Notes under the pieces: generated by a model | The model's input: only the letters and a program-made list of their open reading frames with translations | Database searches by the model: none | What the model was told of the DNA's origin: nothing | DNA from: an uncultured Acidobacteriaceae bacterium | GTDB lineage: Bacteria; Acidobacteriota; Terriglobia; Terriglobales; Acidobacteriaceae | Reading direction: 5' to 3' | NCBI GenBank assembly: GCA_963819055.1 | Contig: CAWFUT010000020.1 | Location: forward strand, 7,561 to 71,560 | Length of the DNA stretch: 64,000 nt | Position numbers and translations under genes: made by a program | In this document: piece by piece, positions 1 through 8,886 of the stretch | Position numbering within the stretch: position 1 is the first letter of the stretch | Layout: each line of letters begins with the position of its first letter

Positions 1-1076
1 ACGTTTCCTTCCGAGATTTTGACTGGGTCCTGCTGGTACTGGTGCTGATCATCTGCTCGCTAGGCGTGGTGGAGATCTATAGTGCGACCCTCGGCACCAA
101 GTTCGCAGGCGTACATCTGAAGCAGGTCTACTGGATTCTCGGCGGGATTACCCTGATGTTCGTCGTCAGCCTGTTTAACTATCAGGCCCTGCTGGAGCGC
201 GTTCCAGTGTTGTACGTGATCTCGATCGCGTCACTGCTGGCGGTGCTGGCGTTGGGTAAGGTTTACCTGGGAGCGAAGCGCTGGGTGCAGATTGGCTCGT
301 TTCATTTCCAGCCTTCTGAGTGGGTCAAGCTCGTCCTGATTCTCGCGATGGCAAAATATTTTGCCGACATAAAAACCGAGTGTACGGCACAGGACATCCT
401 GAAGGCGGGCGCGCTGGTGGGCGTGCCCATGCTTATGGTGCTGCGGCAGCCTGACCTTGGAACCGCTCTCACTTACCTGCCAATCGCCATCATGGGCTTG
501 TTTTTGGGTGGGATGAAGGCCCGCCACGCTATTGTGATTGTGGTCATTGGAGCACTGCTGGCGCCTGTGGCTTGGCACGTCTTGAAGCCCTATCAGCGCG
601 ATCGCCTGACCAGCTTCATGCAGCCCGAAGCGGACTCTCAAGGGAAGGGCTATCAAGTTCAACAGTCGCTGGTGGCAGTGGGGGCTGGAGGCATTTTCGG
701 CAAAGGAACCGCACACGGCAGCCAGACCCAGGGCCAGTTCCTGCCGGTGCCGCATACTGACTTCATCTTCGCCGCCTTTGCCGAAGAACATGGTTTCTTG
801 GGCGCAATGGGCCTACTCCTGCTATACTTTATCGTACTGATGCGTTTGATCCAGAACGCTCAGACGGCCCCCGACCGGGCGGGAAGCTTTGTGGTCATGG
901 GAGTGGTTGCGGTGCTCGCATTCCATCTCCTGGTGAACGTAGGTATGGTAGTAGGCTTCATGCCGGTCACGGGTATCCCCTTGCCATTAATGAGTTATGG
1001 GGGATCGTCAGTACTGTTCATGTTCTTGGCGCTGGGCATTGTGATGAACATCCGCATGCGCCGGTTCGTGAACTGA
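1..1076 (+). CDS. rodA: SEDS-family peptidoglycan glycosyltransferase RodA/FtsW; 5' end lies outside the window
   Basis: The frame of ORF 42..1076 stays open back to nt 3 (..FRDFDWVLLVLVLIICSLG..), so the N-terminus is upstream of the window. SEDS hallmarks are present: PSEWVKLVLIL, LRQPDLGTAL, GYQVQQSLVAVGAGGIFGKG, PVPHTDFIFAAFAEEHG, PLPLMSYGGSS. Confidence 0.85.
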   Translation, partial: VSFRDFDWVLLVLVLIICSLGVVEIYSATLGTKFAGVHLKQVYWILGGITLMFVVSLFNYQALLERVPVLYVISIASLLAVLALGKVYLGAKRWVQIGSFHFQPSEWVKLVLILAMAKYFADIKTECTAQDILKAGALVGVPMLMVLRQPDLGTALTYLPIAIMGLFLGGMKARHAIVIVVIGALLAPVAWHVLKPYQRDRLTSFMQPEADSQGKGYQVQQSLVAVGAGGIFGKGTAHGSQTQGQFLPVPHTDFIFAAFAEEHGFLGAMGLLLLYFIVLMRLIQNAQTAPDRAGSFVVMGVVAVLAFHLLVNVGMVVGFMPVTGIPLPLMSYGGSSVLFMFLALGIVMNIRMRRFVN

Positions 1077-1463
1077 CAGCCAAAAGATTGTAGTGAGCGC
1101 GCCATCGGGCGCATGCAGCAAAACAGCCGGTCTCACCCGCCGGCAAACGAGTAAAGGGTGAAAACAAGATTACGACAGCCCTCACGTACGAGGGCATAGC
1201 CGGCCGCAAGGAGAAAAGGGCCGGACAGGATTGCAAAAGTACATTGTTCGGGCGGGAAACGGCCCTTCAGCTCAGAAGCTGACTGAGACGCCACAAACCT
1301 TGAACAGTGTCCTTGATACGGTGCCTAAGATTCCACAAAGTATCGTTGTTCGAATCAGGTCAGGTTCGCATCCGGACAACAGTCCCGGTGTGTCCACGCC
1401 CTAGTCACCCGTCGAGTACGCCTGTCCTTCCGTTGCCTGCGTCCGGTTGATACCGGAGCATCC

Positions 1464-4436
1464 ATGAACAAAGAACTTTACGTGTCCTCTACGCCACACG
1501 AAACCAAGGTGGCGTTAATGGAGGACGATCAGCTCGCCGAAGTTTTCTTCGAGCGCGAAAACGAATACACCTTAGCAGGATCCATCTACAAAGGCCGGGT
1601 CACCCGTGTGCTTCCCGGCATGCAGTCCGCCTTCGTCGACATTGGCCTCGAACGCGATGCCTTCCTCTACGTCTCCGACTTCCTCGAGATCACCGGCGAC
1701 GAAGATGAGGACGAAGAGTTCGGCGAAATCCCCGCGCCGCGCGGAACCATCGACTTTGGCAAGCCGCAATCTCAGCAGGAAGCGCAACCGCCCCACGGCG
1801 GACAAATGATTGGTGGCGCTGAAACGGAAGAAGAAGCGTCGGAGTTCGCCGTCGACTTCAATGTTGCCGAGTCGGAGCCATCAGCCGGGGAAGAAGGCGA
1901 ATCCGCTCAAGGCGATGAGTCGGAAGAAGGTGCTCGCCGCTGGCGCGGGCGCCGTCGCCGTCGTGGCGGACGCCGCGGAGGCCGCTCAGACCGTCCTCAG
2001 AACGAGGCCGCAGCCGAGCCGACCGAAGCAGCGCCGGAACTGCCCGCGCCCCGCGCCGAAGCACCCCGGGCGGAGCCGCGACATGAATCGCGAAGTGAAT
2101 CGCGTCCGCGCCAGGACTACGGTCCCCCCGCCGGTTATACGCCGATCATCCTGCCGGGCGAATCGATCTCCAAGTATCGCAATCTGTCGCAGCCCGAAGC
2201 GCCGAGCGCCGTCGAGGTTGATCAGGACGACGTCGCCAGCATGCCGGTCGAAGATTTCGTCGCGCCTGAAACTAACGGCGCCGTGGACATTGTCGAGGAA
2301 ATTCAGGAAGAAGCAACACACCTCGATCAGGCATTCGATGCAGCCGAACCCGAACAGGCAGAAGCGCCCGCCGCTGTTCAGTCAGAGCAGGTGGAAGCCG
2401 CTCCTGTAGTGGAAGAGCAGCAGCCCCGCTCCAAGCGAGGCCGCTTTGCGCGGTGGCGCCGCAGCGCCGCTCCCGTCGAGCAGGAAGCTGTAGTCGAGCC
2501 GGTTCAGTCGGCCGAACCAGCTGTAATTGCCGACCCGCCACATCACGAAACCGCTGCCGGTCCGGTCGAGCTGAATGAAGCCGCGGTCGAAGATCACCGG
2601 CCCGTGATCCAGTATCAGCAGTACCAGCACATCGAGCATCACGTGGAAGCTCCCGAGCAGCACGAAGTCTTAACGGACGCTGAGCGCGAGGTCGACACGC
2701 CCGCCGGTAACTTCGAGTTGCCCACTCCCCAGCAGCACGCTGCTCCTGAGATTGCCCCCGAAGGCCGCACCCTGGAACACGAAGTCCTCGAGGAAGAGGA
2801 GATGGACTACCATCCCGTACCCGACGACCTCAACGCGATCCGCGAAGTTGCGGGTGACGAAGAGTTGGTTCTCGAAGAAGAAACGCTTGACGCCGGCAAT
2901 GGCTACAACGAGCGCTGGGTACCGAAGATTGAAGACGTCGACGAAGACGAGATTGTCGCGGCTGAAGAGCGCGGCGAGCAGCTCTTCGTCGACGCCGATT
3001 CCGAAGAGGAAGAAGACGAAGACGAAGAGGAAGAGAACGGCGAGGCAGAAGAGACCAATGGCCGCGCCGAGCTTCGCGCCTCAACTCCCACAGCGGGGTA
3101 CCAGCAGCGCAACGCTGAGCGCCCAGGATACCAGCGTCGCGGAGGCCGCTTCGATCGCGATCGCGGGCGTCGTGGCGGAGGGGGAGGCGGATCGCGCCGT
3201 AACATGCGCAGCCGTCCCAACAACAGCCGCAATCAGCCGCTTATCAGTGACCTACTGAAAGAAGGACAGGAAGTACTGATCCAGATTGCCAAGGAGCCCA
3301 TCGGCAAGAAGGGCGCGCGCATTACCAGCCACATCGCGTTGCCGGGCCGCTTCTTGGTCTACATGCCGACGGTGAATCACGTCGGCGTCTCGCGCAAGAT
3401 CAACTCCGACGAAGAGCGCATGCGCCTGAAGCGCATCGTCACCAGCGAGCGCGAAAATGGACTGGGCGGCTTCATCGTTCGTACCGCCGCTGCGAACATC
3501 AAGGAAGATGAACTCCGCGCCGACATTCGCTTCCTGAAGCATCTGTGGTCCGAGATCAAGACTCGCGCCGAGAACGGCAAGTCGCCGGCGCTGATCTATC
3601 ACGACCTCAACCTGGTGGAGCGCGTACTGCGCGACCAGGTCAACGCCGACTTCTCGCAGATCTGGGTGGACACGGAAGACGAGTATGAGCGCGTCGTGCG
3701 CTTCGCCAGCCGCTTCCAGCCGTCTCTGGTGCGCCGCATCAAGCTGTACACCAAAGAGACACCGCTCTTCGAGGAATTCAGCATTCAGGATGAGATCAAC
3801 CGCTCGCTAAAGTCGAAAGTATGGCTGAAGAGCGGCGGCCACATCGTCATCAACCAGACCGAAGCGCTGGTCGCCATCGACGTCAACACCGGCAAGTATG
3901 TCGGCAAGACGCAGCGGCTGGAAGACACCATCGTGAAGACGAACGTCGACGCCATTAAGGAGATCGTGCGGCAGATCCGGCTGCGCGATCTGGGTGGCAT
4001 CATCGTCATCGACTTCATCGACATGGACGAGCGCAAGAACCGTCAGAAGGTCATGATGGCTCTGGAGGAAGCGCTACGCTCCGACCGCGCGCCGTCGAAG
4101 GTTCTCCAGTTCAACGATTTCGGACTGGTGGCCATCACCCGCAAGCGCGTCAAGCAATCGCTGGAGCGCACGCTGGGTGAGTCCTGCCCGTACTGCACGG
4201 GCGCGGGCTTCGTGAAATCGGTGCCTACGGTCTGCAACGAGCTCTACATCGAGATGCGCAAGATGGTTCGCGGCCACGACGGCAAAGACATCATGGTGCG
4301 CGTGAACCCCGAAGTAGCCAAGGCGCTGAAGGCCAATAACGGCAAGCTTCTCACCGAACTCGAAGACCTGACGGGAAAGACGGTTCTGCTGAAGAGCGAT
4401 CCTGCGCTGCATCAGGAGATGTTTGACATCCACTAG
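1464..4436 (+). CDS. Rne/Rng-family ribonuclease E/G (990 aa) with a very large low-complexity insertion inside the S1 domain
   Basis: The S1 domain starts with GSIYKGRVTRVLPGMQSAFVDIGLERDAFLYVSDF. After about aa 593 it continues LLKEGQEVLIQIAKEPIGKKGARITSHIALPGRFLVYMP. The catalytic core follows (EALVAIDVNTGK, LRDLGGIIVIDFIDM) and then the Zn-link CPYCTGAG. The order matches the E. coli RNase E/G N-terminal half as I remember it. Confidence 0.85.
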   Translation: MNKELYVSSTPHETKVALMEDDQLAEVFFERENEYTLAGSIYKGRVTRVLPGMQSAFVDIGLERDAFLYVSDFLEITGDEDEDEEFGEIPAPRGTIDFGKPQSQQEAQPPHGGQMIGGAETEEEASEFAVDFNVAESEPSAGEEGESAQGDESEEGARRWRGRRRRRGGRRGGRSDRPQNEAAAEPTEAAPELPAPRAEAPRAEPRHESRSESRPRQDYGPPAGYTPIILPGESISKYRNLSQPEAPSAVEVDQDDVASMPVEDFVAPETNGAVDIVEEIQEEATHLDQAFDAAEPEQAEAPAAVQSEQVEAAPVVEEQQPRSKRGRFARWRRSAAPVEQEAVVEPVQSAEPAVIADPPHHETAAGPVELNEAAVEDHRPVIQYQQYQHIEHHVEAPEQHEVLTDAEREVDTPAGNFELPTPQQHAAPEIAPEGRTLEHEVLEEEEMDYHPVPDDLNAIREVAGDEELVLEEETLDAGNGYNERWVPKIEDVDEDEIVAAEERGEQLFVDADSEEEEDEDEEEENGEAEETNGRAELRASTPTAGYQQRNAERPGYQRRGGRFDRDRGRRGGGGGGSRRNMRSRPNNSRNQPLISDLLKEGQEVLIQIAKEPIGKKGARITSHIALPGRFLVYMPTVNHVGVSRKINSDEERMRLKRIVTSERENGLGGFIVRTAAANIKEDELRADIRFLKHLWSEIKTRAENGKSPALIYHDLNLVERVLRDQVNADFSQIWVDTEDEYERVVRFASRFQPSLVRRIKLYTKETPLFEEFSIQDEINRSLKSKVWLKSGGHIVINQTEALVAIDVNTGKYVGKTQRLEDTIVKTNVDAIKEIVRQIRLRDLGGIIVIDFIDMDERKNRQKVMMALEEALRSDRAPSKVLQFNDFGLVAITRKRVKQSLERTLGESCPYCTGAGFVKSVPTVCNELYIEMRKMVRGHDGKDIMVRVNPEVAKALKANNGKLLTELEDLTGKTVLLKSDPALHQEMFDIH

Positions 4437-4534
4437 CTTTGAAAGGGAACGGCTTCAGCCGTGCTGAGAGAGTGATTACTCTGCGGGCTAGCGGATCGTT
4501 GAAGTCTCCGATTCAGAATCCGATTCAGAATGGG

Positions 4535-4575
4535 CCCCATACAAGCCGAATTTGCTTGGATGGGGTTTTCCTTTC
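4535..4575 (+). terminator. Rho-independent terminator downstream of the ribonuclease gene
   Basis: Hairpin CCCCAT-A-CAAGC / loop cgaattt / GCTTG-G-ATGGGG (11 bp with one mismatch), followed by TTTTCCTTTC. Confidence 0.6.
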
Positions 4576-4608
4576 GACCCAACCTAATCTGCTAGGCAGG
4601 GTTTCTGC

Positions 4609-5619
4609 TTAACCGGGAGGTAGTCCGACAGCTTGTCGCACGAGTTGCAGTTCATGCGGCGACAGATTGCTGTAGCGGCCGGATTCGATGGCATGTTGTG
4701 CGGCGGCGGGCGGCATGGCGTGAACCGCTCGGATCACATTCTCCACTTCCGGCCGCACCGGTGGAAGCTGTTGCGTGCCGGCCGGCGCGCGGTAGTTTGC
4801 CGGACGCATGGCAGAGGAATTTGCGAGCGTCGGCTGGCTGACGTAGTTTGCGTTGTACAGAGTTAGCGTACTTGAACCAGGAGGATTGTTGGGCCGCGCT
4901 GCCGGAGCGGCATTCTGATAGGTGCGTCCGGGCTGCGCGTAAGGCGTTGAGCCGGCATACCCGCTTGCAGCCTGATTGTACGGCGCTGGAGCGGCATACT
5001 CTCCTGTGGTCTGACCGTACGCAGCGGACCCGTCAGGTGCTGCAGCATAACCTCCCGGATTGCCTATGGGAGCATAGTAGTACGGGTTATACGGAGGGTA
5101 AGCGTAGTAAGGGTAGGGATAGTAAGAGTAGTAGGGAGCATAGGCCGGGTAGCCATAGCCCCATCCCCAGCCGGGCCATCCGAAGTTCAAGTTGATGCCG
5201 AAGCCCCATCCGCCCCATCCGCCGTAACCTCCCCAACCGCGATAACCGTAACCTCCCCAACCGCGATAACCGTAGCCGCCCCAACCGCCACGGTAACCGT
5301 AGCCGCCGCGGTAACCGTATCCGCCTCCGTAACCGTAGCCACCGTGATATCCGCCGCCGTAGCCGGCGCCGTGATAGCCTCCATAGCCGCCACCGTGATA
5401 GCCACCGTATCCCCCGCCATGGAAACCGCCGCCGCCACCGTGATAGCCACCTCCTCCGTGGAAGCCGCCACCGCCACCATGGAAGCCGCCACCGCCACCA
5501 TGGAAGCCGCCTCCACCACCACCGTGACCGGCGGCAGCGAATGCCGACTGTGACGCGAATCCAAGCACGACGAAGGCTGTGCCGAGCAGAAGAGCGCGTA
5601 GAACACTGGCTGGCTTCAT
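4609..5619 (-). CDS. Secreted Gly/Tyr/His/Trp/Arg-rich low-complexity protein (336 aa from the RBS-supported ATG)
   Basis: GGAGG lies 5 nt upstream of the ATG at 5619 (M9 of the tracked ORF). The signal peptide is MKPASVLRALLLGTAFVVLGFASQSAFA. The protein then runs GGGGGFH x3, GGYGGYH, GYGYRGG, RGWGGYGY, GWGGWGFG, then a Pro/Tyr-rich stretch, then a non-repetitive C-terminus. Confidence 0.6.
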   Translation of the reverse strand: MKPASVLRALLLGTAFVVLGFASQSAFAAAGHGGGGGGFHGGGGGFHGGGGGFHGGGGYHGGGGGFHGGGYGGYHGGGYGGYHGAGYGGGYHGGYGYGGGYGYRGGYGYRGGWGGYGYRGWGGYGYRGWGGYGGWGGWGFGINLNFGWPGWGWGYGYPAYAPYYSYYPYPYYAYPPYNPYYYAPIGNPGGYAAAPDGSAAYGQTTGEYAAPAPYNQAASGYAGSTPYAQPGRTYQNAAPAARPNNPPGSSTLTLYNANYVSQPTLANSSAMRPANYRAPAGTQQLPPVRPEVENVIRAVHAMPPAAAQHAIESGRYSNLSPHELQLVRQAVGLPPG

Positions 5620-5917
5620 TGGAACCTCCACGCTGGCCGGCATGCGCAGGGCACCGGCTCAACACACATCCACATTATCCTGCAACCCGGTTGCCGCTGC
5701 CAAAGTTTCGTTCGGATTCGGCAAAAATTCTGAGCCGCTTCCAGCAATGTCTTACAAGATTTGAGACCGGGACTGGACTTCCAGGCTGCCGCCCATCGGA
5801 TACTCAGGCGTATGGAATTCGAGGAGATCGCGTTGATCAATACGACGGTAACGAAATAGCCCAGGTCACGTTTTGGAAGGACGCAAACCTGGGCACTCGA
5901 TGCGGAAGACGAATCAA

Positions 5918-6577
5918 TTACTTGGGCTGGGCCACGATTCTCAGGTAGGGCCGCGGAGCGTGCCAGCCATCGGGATAGACTTTTTTGGCGTCATCGTCGG
6001 AGACCGCAGGCGAGATGATGACGTCGTCGCCCTGCTTCCAGTTCACCGGAGTGGCGACCTTGTGCTTCGCCGTGAGCTGCATCGAGTCGACCACGCGCAG
6101 CACCTCGTCGAAGTTGCGGCCGGTGGACATTGGGTAAACGATGATCAGCTTGATCTTCTTGTCGGGTCCGATAACGAAGACGTTGCGCACGGTCATGTTG
6201 TCGTTGGCAGTGCGGCCGTCGCAGCCGCCTTCCAGGTCGGCGGGCAGCATGCCATAGAGCTTCGAGACCTTCAGGTCGGTATCGCCGATCATGGGATAGT
6301 TGGGCGCATGACCCTGCGTCTCTTTGATGTCTTCGGACCAGCGCTTGTGGTTCTCGATGGCATCGACGCTGAGTCCGATGACCTTGGTGTTGCGTTTATC
6401 GAACTCGGGCTTGAGCTTCGCCATGTAGCCCAGCTCCGTCGTGCAGACGGGCGTGAAGTCTTTAGGATGAGAAAACAAAATGGCCCAGGAATCGCCGATC
6501 CAATCATGAAATTTGATGGGACCTTCCGTAGTAGCTACTTCGAAATCAGGCGCAGTATCGCCTATCTTTAAAGACAT
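5918..6577 (-). CDS. 1-Cys peroxiredoxin (Prx6-type)
   Basis: MSLKIGDTAPDFEVATTEGPIKFHDWIGDSWAILFSHPKDFTPVCTTELG. This contains the canonical PxxxTxxC peroxidatic motif, and the 219-aa length fits the 1-Cys Prx subfamily. Confidence 0.9.
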   Translation of the reverse strand: MSLKIGDTAPDFEVATTEGPIKFHDWIGDSWAILFSHPKDFTPVCTTELGYMAKLKPEFDKRNTKVIGLSVDAIENHKRWSEDIKETQGHAPNYPMIGDTDLKVSKLYGMLPADLEGGCDGRTANDNMTVRNVFVIGPDKKIKLIIVYPMSTGRNFDEVLRVVDSMQLTAKHKVATPVNWKQGDDVIISPAVSDDDAKKVYPDGWHAPRPYLRIVAQPK

Positions 6578-6682
6578 ACCATCCTCCCTGAGTAGTCGCG
6601 AGATTAGCGCAGCGATTGTAAGTTGCCGAACGGAACCGTGGCAAGCGCGGTCAGAAGGTGGTAGTGGTCCATGTGAAACTCA

Positions 6683-6836
6683 CCTGTGTAGGGTGGAGCA
6701 CGCCTTCAGGCGTGCATATTGCAGCCACAATTCGATGCGCGCTTTAGCGCCTGAGGTAAATCGAACCCCTACCTCAGCGGCTGAAGCCGAGATATTAGAG
6801 GAGGATCTCAATGCACGCCTGAAGGCGTGCTCCACC
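6683..6836. repeat. REPIN-like doublet: two perfect 25-bp inverted repeats, each containing its own hairpin
   Basis: ggtggagcacgccttcaggcgtgca at 6683-6707 is the exact reverse complement of 6812-6836. Each arm contains GCACGCC-ttca-GGCGTGC. The 104-bp spacer holds further hairpins (CTGAGGTA..TACCTCAG; CGGCTGAAGCCG). Confidence 0.8.
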
Positions 6837-6927
6837 CAAGACCACTTGACTACAACTTCAGACTCACCCATTACGCAAAAGCACGGTTTTGCGATTGCGT
6901 CGCGAGAGAACTCGTCAGGAGCCTGCG

Positions 6928-7020
6928 TTCCCTGGTATCTTCCGCCCAGCGCGTATGCTTATCGACGAAGTCGACGCTGAGCGCCACGATCTTGGTGTTA
7001 CGCTTGTCGAACTCGGGTTC
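6928..7020 (-). pseudogene. Relic fragment of a second peroxiredoxin gene (about 31 codons)
   Basis: The minus-strand translation EPEFDKRNTKIVALSVDFVDKHTRWAEDTRE aligns with KPEFDKRNTKVIGLSVDAIENHKRWSEDIKE of the intact prx at 5918..6577. By eye the DNA is about 75% identical. There is a stop immediately upstream, and homology is lost downstream. Confidence 0.6.
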
Positions 7021-7066
7021 AATTCACCATATACCTGATTGGCTCTCTGCTGGAGGAAAAGAAAGA

Positions 7067-8791
7067 ATGCGTCGGCTTTTGCTGGTTCTTCCTGTCATCA
7101 CTCTGTTCTTCGCAACAGTTGCCATCGCCCAAGCCACCCGGTCCGCGGGTTGCATCACGGCCAAACTGCGCTTCGAAGTCTCTGTCGCGACCGAGCAAAA
7201 CCAGAAACCACTGGATGGGCGCGTGTATGTGATGTTGTCCACGAACGCCGATAAAGAGCCGCGCTTTCAAGTCACCGACGAACCTGCTTCGCAGCAGTTC
7301 TTCGGCGCCGACCTAGAAGGCCTCGCTCCTGGCAAAGCAGCGGCTATCGATGAGGCAGCAGTGGGATATCCGGCCTTGAGCCTGGGCTGCATTCCCGCCG
7401 GCGATTATTATGTTCAGGGATTGCTGAACATTTACCAGACTTATCATCTGGCCAATGGTCACACCGTCAAGCTTCCGCCGGAAAAAGGTGAGGGTCAAAA
7501 GTGGAACAGGAAGCCGGGAAACCTCTACAGCAAGCCACAGAAGATTCGCATCGACCCGGCGCAGAATGGCACCGTCAAGATTTTGCTGACCGAGACGATT
7601 CCTCCGATTGAAGAGCCGAAGGACACAAAGTACGTCAAGCACCTCAAGATCAACAGCGAGCTCCTCAGTAAGTTCTGGGGGACGCCGGTCTCCATCGGCG
7701 CCATTGTTCTTTTGCCCGAGGGTTTCGACCAACATCCGGAAGCGCACTATCCGGTGATCGTTTACCAGTCACACTTTCCGCGCGACCTCAGTCTCCCCTT
7801 CCGTGAGACACCGCCGACGCCGGACCTGAAAGGGCGTCGCCGGATGGTCGCCGAATATAGCTACGCTCTATACCAGGATTGGACTTCGGGCCGATTGCCC
7901 CACGTCATCATCGTCGAGTTGCAGCACGCCAATCCTTATTACGACGATTCGTACGCGGTGAACTCTGCCAATGTGGGACCGTACGGTGATGCCATTACCC
8001 AGGAGGTGATTCCGGCGGTCGAAAAGCAATTCCGCGGCATCGGACAGGGCTGGGCGCGAGCGACCTACGGCGGCTCAACCGGCGGATGGGAAGCTGCCGC
8101 AATGCAAATCTTCTATCCCACGTTCTTTAACGACGCTTTCATCGCCTGTCCCGATCCTGTCGACTTCCGCGCCTATCAGATCGTAAATCTCTACGACGAT
8201 CCAAATGCCCTGTGGCTTGAGAACAATTGGGGCAAGGTGCCTCGTCCTTCGGAACGCCAGACCGACGGCTCTGTGCTGAGCACGATGGATCGCATGACCC
8301 GCCGTGAGCTGGTGCTCGGCACCCACGGCCGCTCCACCGAACAATTCAATGTCTGGCAGGCGGTTTACAGCCCTGTGGGCGATGATGGGTATCCCAAGCC
8401 AATCTACGACCCAGTTACCGGCGTCATCGACCATGATGTTGCGAATTACTGGAAGGAACATTACGACCTGCGGTACATCCTGCAGCGCGACTGGAAGACA
8501 CTGGGTCCGAACCTCGTCGGCAAGCTGCACTTCTCCGTCGGCGATATGGATACCTACTACCTCAACAACGCCGTTCACCTCATGCAGGACTTCTTAGAGA
8601 ACACGAATTATCCGTATTACGCCGGCGACTTCGATTACGGCCCGGGGCGTCCGCATTGCTTCACCGGAACCGACGGCCTGCCCGTCGACGCCGCCGGCTT
8701 AACCTGGACGCAGCGCGTTGTCCGCAAATCCGTAGAGCGCATGCTGAAGACTGCGCCCGCAGGTGCGGATGTGAGCAGTTGGAGGTACTAA
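7067..8791 (+). CDS. Secreted alpha/beta-hydrolase, putative esterase-family protein
   Basis: The start was moved from 6827 to the ATG at 7067, which has GGAGGA 9 nt upstream and gives a signal peptide MRRLLLVLPVITLFFATVAIAQA. A GxSxG-type nucleophile elbow is present (YGGSTGGWEA). The family assignment is from memory of esterase-D/enterochelin-esterase-like proteins. Confidence 0.5.
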   Translation: MRRLLLVLPVITLFFATVAIAQATRSAGCITAKLRFEVSVATEQNQKPLDGRVYVMLSTNADKEPRFQVTDEPASQQFFGADLEGLAPGKAAAIDEAAVGYPALSLGCIPAGDYYVQGLLNIYQTYHLANGHTVKLPPEKGEGQKWNRKPGNLYSKPQKIRIDPAQNGTVKILLTETIPPIEEPKDTKYVKHLKINSELLSKFWGTPVSIGAIVLLPEGFDQHPEAHYPVIVYQSHFPRDLSLPFRETPPTPDLKGRRRMVAEYSYALYQDWTSGRLPHVIIVELQHANPYYDDSYAVNSANVGPYGDAITQEVIPAVEKQFRGIGQGWARATYGGSTGGWEAAAMQIFYPTFFNDAFIACPDPVDFRAYQIVNLYDDPNALWLENNWGKVPRPSERQTDGSVLSTMDRMTRRELVLGTHGRSTEQFNVWQAVYSPVGDDGYPKPIYDPVTGVIDHDVANYWKEHYDLRYILQRDWKTLGPNLVGKLHFSVGDMDTYYLNNAVHLMQDFLENTNYPYYAGDFDYGPGRPHCFTGTDGLPVDAAGLTWTQRVVRKSVERMLKTAPAGADVSSWRY

Positions 8792-8886
8792 TTTAAGAAT
8801 TTTGGAAGCACAACTACTGCCATCCATTAATTTTCGAATTAGCTACTAAGCAGCGGGCCTATGAGCGTCGCTGCGTTACTCGTGGG

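Noticed and set aside
1810-2409. The 199-aa highly basic ORF in an alternative frame of the RNase E/G insertion.
   Set aside because: It is an off-frame reading of the GA/GC-rich acidic region. It has no RBS. The main frame is continuous with conserved S1 and catalytic sequence on both sides.
5087-5665. Alternative-frame ORFs over the Gly-rich gene (the 192-aa Arg/Trp/Leu-rich ORF and the 139-aa Ala/Val/Thr-rich ORF).
   Set aside because: All frames of a GGN-rich repeat stay open. Only the chosen frame has an RBS-ATG, a signal peptide and a non-repetitive C-terminal domain. The frame choice should still be confirmed by ortholog comparison.
6827-7066. N-terminal extensions given by the ORF track, for example 6827 for the esterase-like gene, 14336 for the ADOP permease, 17223 for the STAS gene, 25936 for DinB, 30967 for paralog B, 55383 for nrdJ and 58980 for the island gene.
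   Set aside because: In each case an internal ATG with a Shine-Dalgarno-like sequence gives either a proper signal peptide or the canonical family N-terminus. The upstream stretch overlaps repeats or the preceding gene and has non-protein-like composition.
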